Positions 1-11,977 of a stretch of 64,000 bases of DNA are shown piece by piece (within the stretch, counting starts at the first letter, position 1; each line of letters begins with the position of its first letter). A program made the position numbers and the translations under genes. Below the pieces are notes generated by a model. The model was not told where the DNA came from, ran no database searches, and worked only from the letters and a program-made list of their open reading frames with translations. The stretch is from Amphiscolops sp. MND2022 (Eukaryota), in NCBI GenBank assembly GCA_964187785.1, contig OZ076409.1:34474001-34538000 (forward strand), written 5' to 3'.

Positions 1-511
1 AGAATAGATAAGAATCAAAGACATGGTCTTTATTTTCACATAAGTCAAACAATCCTTTATTGTACAGTGACTGCATAACATCTAAACTGTTTCATTTTTA
101 CAAATTTTCAATTCCTGAAAACGGTTTTGTTCGTAGTGATTACGTTGCATCATTTGTTGTTGTTGTACTAATATGGCTGCATCCGAAATAATATCTTTTT
201 TTTCTAATAATTAATTTTTGTAATCTTGTTTCTAACTTTTCAAAGTTTATTTCGAGTCTTTAAAGCTAGTTATTTAAAAACAACTTTGCATTGACTACTA
301 CCTTTGTTTCACTGTTGTCAAATTTAATTTCTTCTCCGTTATCTAGGTTATTAAGACGTTTTTGAGTAATTATTTGAACATTTTTTGTGTGATTCTAATT
401 CTTTTTCAATTTTTCCAACCTTGTCTTTTTGTAAGCTTATAACCAGTGCCTTTTTTGGCAACACTATAACCAAACTTTTTCATTGACATTATATTTTTGT
501 ATATAATCAAA

Positions 512-842
512 TTATTGGAAAGTTTCCATAGTTTCTAACGTTTTGTTGTAAAATTTAAAGTTGAATACTTTTCCCAAAAAGTCTCGTGCATAATAGTTTC
601 CTTCTATTCGTTGGGTGCTTTCGTCTTCTAAAGTGTAAGTTACTTCGTCCGTTGGGTTAATTTTTTTTGTTTTAAAAAGTTCTCTACTCCAATTTCTTGT
701 ATAACCTTTACTATGCAAGACGTGTTTATCAATAACTCTGTCATACCATCCCACTTGCAATTTGGTATTATAAATATTATTAGAATGATGTACTGGTTCA
801 ATATTTTTTGACATTTTAAAAGGTATCATACGGGTTGTACAG
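512..842 (-). pseudogene. Duplicated C-terminal fragment of Polinton integrase
   Basis: SKGYTRNWSRELFK...VTYTLEDE...GNYY matches the C-terminus of integrase 57145-58047; near-copy of 1618-1948. Confidence 0.85.
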
Positions 843-928
843 ATTATGAAATGTTTCCAGTTTATTGTTTTCTTTCAGATCAATTTTATTATCTTGAAAA
901 CTTTTCCAGTGTTGTTAACAAATGTCAT

Positions 929-1200
929 CTAGTGTTCTACCAGCAAGAGTATAATCTTAGTTTTGTGTTGTTCCTTTCGTTTCAGACTTTCTCCAACATT
1001 TTTACTGATTATACATAAACCTGCACCCACACAATTTGTGACAGGTACAACAACAAGTCCGAATCCTTTGACACTCAGAGTTACACAAATTGATGTTACA
1101 CCCAATACCATAACAGTGTCTTTTGGTTGTATTGAACGATTTACAGGAATTATAAATTTTTTGAAAAGTTTTATGTTATGAAGTGAGTTATTGATACTGT
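929..1200 (-). pseudogene. Remnant of Polinton hydrophobic/TM protein
   Basis: GVTSICVTLSVKGFGLVVVPV..VGAGLC..ESLKRKEQ resembles GTTSASISLSITGVGIIVVPIAAGVGC..SYLKKKEQ of the ORF ending at 63549. Confidence 0.7.
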
Positions 1201-1617
1201 GTATTCGTTTTAATCGTAAATTTTATTGTTGCTTGAGACCATGGTTTCGTATACTAGCAATTAGTTTTTCAGGATTCAATCACTTAGTTAAAAAGTATGA
1301 AACTAAATTCAGTGTTTCTTAAATTCAGTCTATATTTAAGGTCAATTGCTTCTTCGTATTCATCTTTTTTCGAAGATTGTAAGATATCTTCTCCTGTTGA
1401 CTACTACCTTTGTTCCACCGTTGTCAAACTTAATTTCTTCTCGGTTATCTAGTTTATTGAAACGTTTTTGAGTTATTAATTGAATATTTCTTTTGTGATG
1501 CCAGTTCTCTTTTAATTTTTCCAATTTTGTCTTTTTGTAAGCTTATAACCAGTGCCTTTTTTTGCAACACTATACCCAAACTTTTTAAATGAAATTATAT
1601 ATTTGTGTATACTCAAA

Positions 1618-2360
1618 TTAATGGAAAGTTTCCATAGTTTCCAACGTTTTGTTGTAAAATTTAAAGTTGAATACTTTTCCTAAAAAGTCTCGTGCATAAA
1701 AGTTTCCTTCTATTCGTTGGGTGTTTTCGTCTTCTAAAGTGTAAGTTACTTCGTCCGTCGGGTTAATTTTATTTGTTTTAAAAAGTTCTATACTCCAATT
1801 TCTTGTATAACCTTTACTATACAAGACGCGTTTATCAATAACTCTGTCATACCCTCCCACTTGGAATTTGGTATTATAAATATTATTAGATTGATGTACT
1901 GGTTCAATAATATTTGACATTTCAAAAGGTATCATACGGGTTGTACCATAGACACAATTCTTATACTTTTCCACAGCAGCATCAAGATGATTCAACAAAG
2001 AAGATTTTTTCAAAATACATTGGTTCTTTTAAAAGATCTAAAAGTGTTCTATTTGAGCCTACAATTAAAACAGCTTTTATACCTGAATTAGTTGTGAACA
2101 TTTGAGTTTCATTTTGTTTGGGAAATTCTAAAAAAACAATATCTCTTTACCTCTATCGAAACACACTTTATTTGGTTTTCTTTTTTCTCAATGAGAGTTT
2201 TAAAAACATGTGTATTTGTTGTACCACTTTTATAAGTAGAGGAATCGCCCATGCATATGTGGGTTTCCTCTTAAAAAACTTTTGGTTACAGGGAAGACAT
2301 TTTTTTCGAGATTCCTTCTTTCATATCATTCACAAAACTTTTTCCTATTATTATTAACGC
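1618..2360 (-). pseudogene. Polinton rve integrase, frameshifted
   Basis: LNHLDAAVEKY..GTTRMIPFE..KFQVG..KGYTRNW; upstream frames give YAWAIPL and DRGKE remnants. Confidence 0.85.
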
Positions 2361-2549
2361 TGATTAATCGTTCTTCGTTTAGTAATTCCTACTGAGTTTT
2401 TCCCTAGGTTAACATTTTTACTCAGTTAGTAATCTTAGTGATTCATTTTACTATTTTAGAAGTTTAATTACTATGAGCTATTTCTTAGTAAATCGTTTTG
2501 ATCTTTTCACAAAATTACTAACCATAGTGACACAATTTTTACTAAATAA

Positions 2550-3434
2550 ATGAAGTGTTCAATTTGTAGTCACAGAATTATAAACTTGATTTGTTTTGAT
2601 TGTGTTATTAAAAAACAAAGTCAAGAGTGTAATACTTTAAAAGTAGATTGTTTTCAAACAAAAAGGTAAGGATCTGTAAAGTAAGTGTATTGGTATTTTT
2701 AAAGAAAATAAAAAATGAGTCTTGTAACGCAAATTTCAATAAAACATATTTATCAAAACAAAAAACACAAATATAAAACTATAATTGATGTGAACAAAAT
2801 TGATTGCAATAAATTGATACAATTGATGATACGAATTATACTAATGCATTGAATAGAACATCAACAAACGGTCCTTCATTTTGTGGTAAGACATTTTTGC
2901 TATCAAACGAATTGAAATTATTACGCTTGGATAACCACGCACAACACTTAAAAATAATAACTAGATCTCTGGGGCGATACGAAAACATACAACTAGATGA
3001 AGTTTCGGTGGAAGAAGATTTAGAAAATAGAACAATTCAAATTTTTCAAAATAATGGTGTTGTGTTTGATTATATGTTGAATATTAAAAAAATTAAAAGG
3101 CCTTTTTTACCAGAAGAAGACATAATGATTTGAAGGTTTGTTATTTATCACAATCACAATTGGACTTACCTAAAAGAACAATTAGAAACAAGAGTAACAT
3201 TATAATTTTATCTCAACAAACATAGAAAGATGTACAACATGTATACAGAAATATTGCAGGTTTTGAAAGGTCTTACGATGAGTTTCGAAGTTTGTGCAGG
3301 GAGGCATGGAAAGAAAATGATCACTATAAAATAATAAAAAGGCTAGAAGATAAAAAATGAAAGAAAATAAAAAATCTGTAATGTATCTAGTGAATATTAT
3401 AAAATCTTCAATCCGCAAACGGATCCTTTCTGAA
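2550..3434 (+). pseudogene. Polinton packaging ATPase remnant
   Basis: GPSFCGKT Walker A, IITRS, VVFD and FNPQTDP match the 374-aa ORF 54355-55479. The presumed start at 2550 is in an ATAAATG context. Confidence 0.85.
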
Positions 3435-3689
3435 TTGAAAAAATATCTAATATGCTTTTCATTTTTTTGAATATATAACAATTTCCTCTTTTATTTCTTC
3501 TTTGAATTCATCTAAGTCTTTGTACAGTTTCATTCCTAGTTGTTCAAAACAGTTCCAAATAAAGTCTGATACTCTTGTCAGCATTGATTCAGTTTGAAAA
3601 TTTTCTTTTCCCTATTTTGAGTTTATTATTTCAAATCAATTATTTAAAAACTATTTTCAAACATGAACAATCTTTTATTTAAAGCTGGA

Positions 3690-4527
3690 ACAATTTTTGG
3701 TGTTGATTTGTTGTAATACATTCATATTCTATAGGTTTATCAGCAATTGCTATGATTTTTTCTTTGAGCTGAGGATTATCATTCCTCCTACTTTTTTCAG
3801 TAAAACATGATGGATCGATGAGCTCATCGGATCACATGGAGGAAAGACACATCGGACGTCGTCAGTTTTGTGGGGTAAATCACTTCCAAGTTGGAGTTGA
3901 CATATTTTTATATTTAAACTATATCTATTTGATATCTTATCTCCGAAAGGCAGATTGTCTTCAGATCATTTGAAAAATTGAAAATTGAAGGAAAGTATTG
4001 TTTTTCTCTCTCATTTTATCAATTGGTAAATTAGGTAATAATACGAACGATCCGGATTGTTCAAATCGTATGTGTTACCATTGCTTAGGTATGTTAGTTT
4101 TGATCCTTTGATTAGTACTTCTTGAGGATTTGTAGGGTTAATTGTGAATAAATTTGAACTTCCTTCAAAACTTTCTGAACTGAATTGTTTTTTGTTTTTG
4201 TCATTTAGAAGGTTGGAAACTGTCACAACGATAGAAGAATCTACTTGGGTGGAATAAAGAAGGTTGGTAAGATGTTGATTATTGCGGGTGGTTATTTCAT
4301 CATATTCTTGTACTCCTTTTTTCTTTAATTTTTGTAAATTTTTGTTCAAAACCTTACTAGTTTGTTTCGACTCTGATTTTCAGTAACTTCTTCAAAAACT
4401 TCTTCCATATCATAATGGAAATCTTGCTTCCCAAATTTTTCTTTTTATCGTTCCGTTTTCAAAAAAGGTTTTGTTTCTTGCATTATTACAATTCTTCCGA
4501 ATCATCACGATTATGAATAGAAAACAT
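3690..4527 (-). pseudogene. Remnant of the conserved 353-aa Polinton protein
   Basis: GVQEYDEITTRNNQ..QVDSSIV.TVSNLLNDKNK is nearly identical to ORF 53305-54366. Confidence 0.85.
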
Positions 4528-4659
4528 TTAATAGTCTTTAGTTTTGAATTGAGATATTAATTTAATTTGAATTTCATGAAAAGGTCTGATGATTTGTTTC
4601 AAATGAAAAATTATTTTATTCTATTCAAAGTTCATCAACATGTCTATGGTTTTTTTTCC

Positions 4660-5200
4660 AATTATGTACCCTTCCCTTGATTAACAAATGTTTTAATTTC
4701 AGCAGCAGTTGCAGCAGTAAGTTTTGGACTTTTACTCGCTGCTGCAGTCCTAAAAATTGCAGCTAAATATAAAGCTCTTCCGGGATTCCATATCCTGGAG
4801 GAGCAATTAAGTTGAAAGAAAATAGTCTTTGTTCTCTATTTCCATTAGCAATTGAGCCATCAACACAGTCACATTTCAGATGACCTTTGTCTATTGACGT
4901 TTTCATAACTGGTGATTCTGATTTATGAGTTTTTTCTGAGTAGTGTGTGTTTGTAAATCCTAGGACTTTGTTAAGTTTTGAATTTAAACGATTGGGGTTT
5001 GAGGTTGTTAGAGCTAATATCATTGATACAGTATCTCCGTGTAATTCAAATTGAAAACAAGAATCAGTAAATTTATGTTTCATAGTTCTAAACATATCAA
5101 CTAGTACGTATTCTCCTGGTGTTAACTCTATTTCAAAGAAATCACTTCAATTACAAAGGCAGGAATGTTTAGAAAACTTTGTTGTTGGTTTTTGTTACTG
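4660..5200 (-). pseudogene. Penton remnant joined by deletion to a remnant of the 173-aa pVI-like gene
   Basis: HLKCDCVDGSIANG.REQ.LFSFNL.APPGY runs directly into sequence matching RALEIAANIGTAAASKNP..AATA..QGKG. Confidence 0.75.
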
Positions 5201-5499
5201 GGTTGTCGATTAAAAGCTTCAATTATTTTCTTTTTGTTGGTCAAAAGCTTTTCTATTAAGATTCTTTTTTAATACCTATCAGTCATAAAAGTATTGGGTT
5301 TCTCTACAAATTTGTTATCTTCAAACCCACTAGGCGCAATTTTATCTATAAAATCGTTTGTATATTTTGTTAATTCATTTTTTGTTTTTTGTTTGATTTT
5401 GATTAGAATGTGGTTGTTGTTGTTGTTGTTCCGGGGATAAGATTCCAAATTGAGCGGAAATTTTTTTGTTCTAATTCATAAATAAAAAACCTTCATGAT

Positions 5500-5947
5500 A
5501 ATGTCTGATGGTATAAATTTAGACCTGCATTTTTGAAGTCTGTCATTGGTGTAAAAGATAAAACATAGTTGTAGCATCAAACAAAAGGAGGTGCAATAAG
5601 TGTCGTTATTCCACTTTCATATTCTGAGTAACTACAGCTATTAATTTGATTCATTGGATTTATTGAAGCTGGACAGCTATATGAATCAAATGAAAGCAAT
5701 GAAGCAAAATGAAGCTATATGAAAACTCATCAACAAACATAACTCAGTGTGTTCCTGTAGTTGGATGGTGTTAACTATGCCACTATTAGTGTTGAAAGGA
5801 TCATCTCTCATGTATATTCCAGCTGAAATACCTAATTCATTGGGGATTTCTTTTGTTTTTACATTGGAAGTTGCATCTTCTTTTAATTCTTTCAGTTCTT
5901 CTTTGAATGATAAATATTTCACTTCTCAGTTGTTTTTTTCATGAACA
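5500..5947 (-). pseudogene. Adenain-like protease remnant
   Basis: YLSFK..ATSNVK.KEI.NELGI..GIYMRDD.FNT.SGIVN matches ORF 51049-51468. Confidence 0.85.
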
Positions 5948-8149
5948 TGTCTTAGTTAAAGACTTTTTCATTGAAAAAATTGTTCATCGTTTTTCATGTT
6001 GTTATTTTTGGTACTGAAAACTGGCTAGTTCTGATGATTTACCCTCGAGAAAAGTCTATTCTACCTGTCTGACTGTTCGGAATTGAGATTTCTGATACTA
6101 CCGTTGAACAAAGTGGAGTTTGAACAGTGCAAACCTAAAAGAAAATATGTGAACAAAGGTTTTTCCACCGTGTTGGGAGTTTGATCAATCGCTTCCAAAG
6201 TGATCTAGAAAGTGGAAACTTTGACACACTGACTTGGTACATAAACAACTGTTGCTGTGCGGACTGAAACACATTTATCATGATGGGACAAATACGAACG
6301 GTGGCCATTTTGAAAGGAACGCGAGTCGAAGAGGGCGTGTCCAAAAGTGTCGCAGTTGATATTGCTGAAGGCTCTCGCGTACTGGGTTTTGCAATAGGAT
6401 ATGGAAAATGCATGTCAAAATTACAAGCACCACATAACGACCTAACTTACACAAACAGTGCAAGAACTGTCCACCCAAGCAAAAAGATCCCCACAAAAAG
6501 TCTACAAATCTTTATCCAACTCAATCTAACGCAAGGTGGATTTCACCGCGAGAACAACACTGGGCAGACACAATCGTGAGGCGAAAATTGAAAAATTCAT
6601 TTCGAAGCCGTTCATTCCGAATGTTCTTGGTAAGTTGTCATATGAAAGAGAGATGTTTGTCTTGCCTCCAAACATAGCTGTCTAAAAGTACTCCTGAAGA
6701 GAGATAGCATGAATTTGAGAAGTCACGTAAAATTTGTGAGCCTTCGCTCCAACCTGGAATTTCCTCATTAGAAGTTTAACAAAATTTTATTCTAGACGCA
6801 AGAAAGAAAGAAAAGTCGAACTTTCTTGCAGGAAAAATCCTGATTCAGAACAAATCTGATTGGTGATCATTTTTAGTCTCTGGACTTGGCTCAGCAAAAA
6901 AGGTCATGTAGTTATCTGAAGATGCTGATCCATTGAAGACAGACAGCTCCAAATTCACGTGGGTGAAATTCGAGACAGAACTGCGTTTAACTTTAGCTCG
7001 GAGCCCATACGTTTGCCTTCCTCATGTGCTTGTGGAAAAGATTTCAAAGCCTCACGTGCCGTGTTTTAGACAACATGTGGATTCAACCACATTCAACAGA
7101 ATGTGTTTCACGACAATTTTGCCAAACGGGTGGACGAAATTTGTTTTGACGTTGAGATCGATCAATATTTTCAGCCTCTTCAAGAACAAAAATTTCCTCA
7201 TTAAACAACGAACAATGAAGATGATGCCAGATTAGATATCAGGGCGAGTAGACATCAGCAGTGGAGTATCAGTCGCGCTTTTTGCTTTTTTTGACGTAGA
7301 TTTTTTTCAATCCACTTGCTAGAAGCAGCCCGAAAATCACAAAAGAAGTGTACAAGTTTCATTTGAATTCGAAAAACTGAAATATGAGACAAACTTGTGT
7401 GAAATTGAAATTTTCATCTTCAACCCTCTTGTTTTCGCAAGTGCTGGTGAGGCTGGATCATCAGCAACCCATGTGATGATCCATATATGTATACTCTATC
7501 AGCACCAACATCAAATTGCATCACCTTTCTAAATTGCTTGATTCCTCTGAATTCGTGTATCGCGATTTAAAAAATCTAACTTGACCGTCGTCGAATCATG
7601 AATGGGCATTGTTTTTGAACAGGGTAGTTTGTCATTGCTTGTCAATATTTCCACTGTAAAAACCTTGTCTCTTTCGTGAATATCCTTATAATTTTTCATG
7701 GGAGAGGTCACCCTGATTTTTTACTATGCTGCTTACACCACTCGGTGAATTCAATTAAGTCTATGTTTTTCAATCGATTCAGCAGTTCGAAAGTTTGAAG
7801 ATTTACTTGTGTCAGTGGCATAACATCATAGTACTTGTTTTGTCTTTTTGTGTCGTTTCCTCTAGAGTTTTTGAAGGTTGTTTCGACTTACGTAATTCAA
7901 GTAACTAATATACGCCCGACATTCTGACAATTTTTGTTATTTTATATATTTACATGTTAGACGATGTACGACTTTGAATACTGATTTTAATTTTTATGTT
8001 GTGTTTTAGTCGGCGCATTTGAGTACAAAATGAGCAGACTCAGAACTCAGAGTGGGCACTTTTTTAGACGCGTACGGTCCACTTTTTTCTAATTTGTTCA
8101 TGATCATCAACTTGAACTACGGACGTCCAAAAGATACTTTAAGCGCCCA

Positions 8150-8520
8150 AACCTCATCCAAGACAAAAACATCGACGTCCAGAACCTCGAAAACTTAAGA
8201 GCGCCCTTTGGTGTTTTTTACTCGGAATGTTTTCGGCACAATGCGACTTTTTTGATTTGTTAGGATTGCACCAAAGGGTCTCCCTTCGTTTGTTTCGATA
8301 TTTTGCAACATAATGGATGTCAAAAAATCCCAAGGGATCCCCGCAATGGAACAAGTAAGATGCACTGCTGAAAAAAACATCACTTGTATGAAGGACAACT
8401 AACCTCGAGGTGACTGGCCTTTGGGCATCGTGGAAAAGACGCACATCAGGGTTGAATCAGTCATTCAACCATTGTTCCCGAAAACCGTTCTCGGAACAAA
8501 CTAGGCCCGCAGTGAGGTTG
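8150..8520 (+). mobile_element. BEL/Pao LTR retrotransposon fragment (post-integrase C-terminal domain)
   Basis: ~8404-8445 reads PRGDWPLGIVEKTH, the typical PRxxWPLGxV motif; surrounding sequence is decayed. Confidence 0.5.
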
Positions 8521-8559
8521 AGCTTAGAGCACTCAAAAAACTTTCCTCCTCAGAACTGA

Positions 8560-9060
8560 GGCCACACAGAGAATGCTTTTGACTTATTAACAATTCGAAC
8601 TCTGAACTTGTTTGGCTTTGCTGACATAAGACTCAGGCTCTTGCATGAGGGTGGAAACTTTTCACATCCAAAGAAACATTTAAATATCCTTTCCCAAGGA
8701 CTATTTGCTTTGCTATACAAACTGGGTTCTTTTCAGTGGTCGTTGTTGTTGTTATCGGAGGACTCGCTTGGTAACAGCTGAAGCATTGGTTCAAGTTTTT
8801 AAACTTGAAACAAACATCTTTCATAAGATTTGCAAAAGTGTCGCGGATTTCGTTAAGTCTCACTTGTCTGCACATAGAGATGGAACATAATTCGGTTCCC
8901 ATCCAATTCATTTTGCATAACCATCGGAATACACGTCGTTATGTCTCTCCGGTTTGGTAATGAGAACCCTTATCTCTTGAATGGTAAGGCGTTGAGCCAA
9001 CTAGATGCCCTTTACTCCAATGCCAGTTGCAGGGCGAGAATTGGATCTTCTGTGGCGTGT
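8560..9060 (-). mobile_element. CRE-clade non-LTR retrotransposon relic (zinc knuckle / restriction-like endonuclease region)
   Basis: RLNEIRDTFANLMKDVC...LDVKSFHPHA resembles the RHNEIRD...DVRVFxPxA motifs of animal CRE elements. Confidence 0.55.
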
Positions 9061-10199
9061 TGTTTTAATCAAACATTCAGAGAAACTGAAACAGGAAAAT
9101 CCAAGAACAAAACGAAAGTAGGTTCTAGTCTTTCTTCCTTTTTGACAACTGCGGTCTATCACTTTCTTCAAATCCAAAAAAGAACTAGAAAAACGACCAT
9201 AAGTGAATCAGAGAACCATTTTAGGCACTGTTTTTTTTAAATTGTACGCAAGATTTTTTGAATTGTCTAGACAAACGTTGAAATCTAGCCAGGTGCTATT
9301 GGTGTTACTGCTGACATGGCCATCAATGCTTTTTCCCCGTGATGGTTTTCTGCTGGTTGATCAGGATCGCTCGTCGTTCACGTTTTTCAGAAAGCCATAA
9401 ATATTCGACTTTTTGCATTATATAGATGACTAATACGGTGATTTAGCTAACACCTGTATCAGTCAATTTGAAATACAAGCTAGATAGGGATTAGGAGTTC
9501 TCGAACCGTCAGTTCCATGTATAGAAAAGCATTAGAAGTCACAAAATTAACCCCATCTAGGGGAAATTTTGGACGCAATATTTAAGTAAATCCAATGAAA
9601 TTTTCCTGCAACTATTGACAATATCCCTAGTAAGGCAACCAATTGTCGGATGTTGTTGATGTGATGCTTCAGACTAAATGCTTTATGTAAGCTGATCCTG
9701 CTTATTGTAAAAACTTCGGATACCTTCCTGTCCACTTTTACCTTTGAGTTTTTTAGCATCCACTGGCATCTTTCAAGGATGTGTATCGACCTCTAACTAG
9801 GTTATAGCATCTCCTTATTACAAATTCATCCCCAATTCAGACTTTTTCAAAACATTTTTGAAGCATAATTCAAACACCTACTTTGATTTTTTTGCAATTT
9901 CAGTTAAAATTCAGTCTCAGCCCGTTTTTTTTGCAGCCTAGATGCTTCAGAGCAAAAAAGACACAGATTCTACAAGAAGCTTACGCTGGGATCTCGCGGA
10001 CCAACCCATCTAATTGTAAAATCAAGTGTTCAAATTAATAAAGTGGTAATCCATACCCAATTTCAAAAGAAGTTAACAGTTAAAGTCAAAATCAGTCATT
10101 GTCATTGCAGGTTCTCAATGATCATACGCTTCTTCCCTCCGAACAGTTCCTCAACAGACGTCAGTAAATCGATCACTAAAACGGCCGAATGGACACAAA

Positions 10200-10590
10200 A
10201 TACAACGCATGCAGCTCCTCCAGACCAAAATCCTGACGTCCTCCTCATTGGCATCGGAGAAATTCCGAGGCGCATAGTCGGACGAAGTTTACCAAAAACC
10301 GTCTCTCAAGACCTGATCGAGCTCGGCTCCAACCAGTATTCATGTCTCGGACAGAATTTAGGCGAAGACGCTATTCACACAGTTTAGAAAAAGTGAACTA
10401 AATCCATGCTACTAATTGACGCTGACAGCGCCTTTAACTCACTAAATCTAACTAAGCTCTCCTAAAACATCGGAATACTCTGTCTCTCGCGTTACAAGGC
10501 AATCAGAAACTCGTACAAGGAACCATCATCGCTTTTCGTCAATACAAAAAGTCCAGAGATTGTACCACCCAAGGAGACACCCTATCTGTG
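10200..10590 (+). mobile_element. CRE-clade reverse transcriptase relic
   Basis: IGIGEIPRRIVGR...Q..CLG...GEDAIH, then LLIDADSAFNSLN and a QGD remnant; interrupted by stops. Confidence 0.7.
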
Positions 10591-11785
10591 ACCATTGAAT
10601 GCGAGATTTTTTGGAGACTTTAAAAAGTTTTCGGAAAGAAGTCTCAGAAAGCCGACAAACAAAGAAGTCTCATAGTGCCAAAAAAACTGGAGAGGTGGAA
10701 CCTTTCTGCTTTGGAGGGGGTTTGTATTTCATATTACAGACTTTGGATGCGTTCAAAATCAAGTACTAAATACTTAGGGTGAAAGCGCACGTAGTGGGCC
10801 ATTCAGAGTGAGGCTGACAAAAAACTAGTAACAGAAAACAGCCAAAACAGTTAAAAGAAAAGCGCCGATTAAAAACAGCCAAAGAAGCGATGAGTCAGTC
10901 GCAGCCATTATTGACTTTGCTCTCCTCAGAAGCTGGAGGTTTCGTGGGAGAGGATGTAGGTCTTCTGAAAAATTTCTACCCAGTTGAAAACTCGAGACAA
11001 TGCAGTGAACGATTCCAATGCGTACTTTCTCATTTTCAACATGCGGTATAAATTTTGTACAATGATGTAATTATCTTTCCTCTAAATAAATTTGATTTAG
11101 ACGGTGTCGCTACTTTGTGATTGTCATGTGGAAATTGAGATTTCAGTGACTTATTCTGCTGAAATCAGTTTACGGTACATAAACCGCTTTTTGATTATTA
11201 TCATTTTTACAGGCTACGCTTTTTGTCGGAATATTGTTCGTCGCTACCAGTAATGAAAGTCTGCAGAATAGGAAGCGGCAGATGATCAAAGGCAGCTCTC
11301 AAAAAGAAACGCTATTGATTAAAATGTGTTTTCTGAGTATATAACTCTCATCCTGAGCGCTAACATCTCTTATTCGAAACGTTTCCTCCGCATGCATCAA
11401 TTAGGCTGGAGTGAAGCAACCTTCGTTCTCGCAAAATTTTTCCTCTCATAGAAACTCAAAGTGGACTTCTTCAGCTACAAATGCTTATTTCAACAATACT
11501 CAATGCCTATATGTAATTCTTTTTCCTCGGAAAGTAAACTGTTTTTCATTTCGTAAGCGTTCCTGAAAATTTTCATTGCCTCATCAACTTTAGATGCAGG
11601 TGTTTACTCTGAGAAGAACTGCTTTCGAGTTGATTACTCAGGTGGATCAAAGTCTAATGATAAGGAAGAAACTTTTCACGTGCCAGTTTAATTTTAAATG
11701 AGGACTCTATCACTCTGATTGCTATTTTACTCAAAATAAAATAGCAATAACCATTATTTCCAACAATTGCGCAAGTTCGTGAAAT

Positions 11786-11977
11786 ATGAAGAGTCTTTTC
11801 ATGACAACACTTCTTTTCGCGGGTTTGACTTGGGCTAAAAAATTTGATACTTTGCAATTCAACTACGACAAAAATGTCAGCTTGGTGTTGGAGAAGTTTT
11901 TTCCAGTGACTCACAAGCCACTATTGGAAGGAAACGATGTTTACGTCTTCATGGATCTATACAACATTATCACTGTG
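11786..11977 (+). CDS. LGIC exon 1 (signal peptide, N-terminal ligand-binding domain)
   Basis: MKSLFMTTLLFAGLTWA...VYVFMDLYNIITV|gtcagt. Confidence 0.75.

Larger units (their letters stand above)
200..5990 (-). mobile_element. Degenerate Polinton/Maverick relic, inverted relative to the intact element at 50.4-64 kb
   Basis: Frameshifted or stop-ridden fragments match proteins of the intact element in this window (integrase, ATPase, 353-aa protein, 173-aa protein, penton, protease, TM protein), mostly in the same order on the opposite strand. Boundaries approximate. Confidence 0.9.

Noticed and set aside
6050..7750. Possible decayed coding sequence
   Set aside because: Looks like old transposon debris, but I could not assign any motif.
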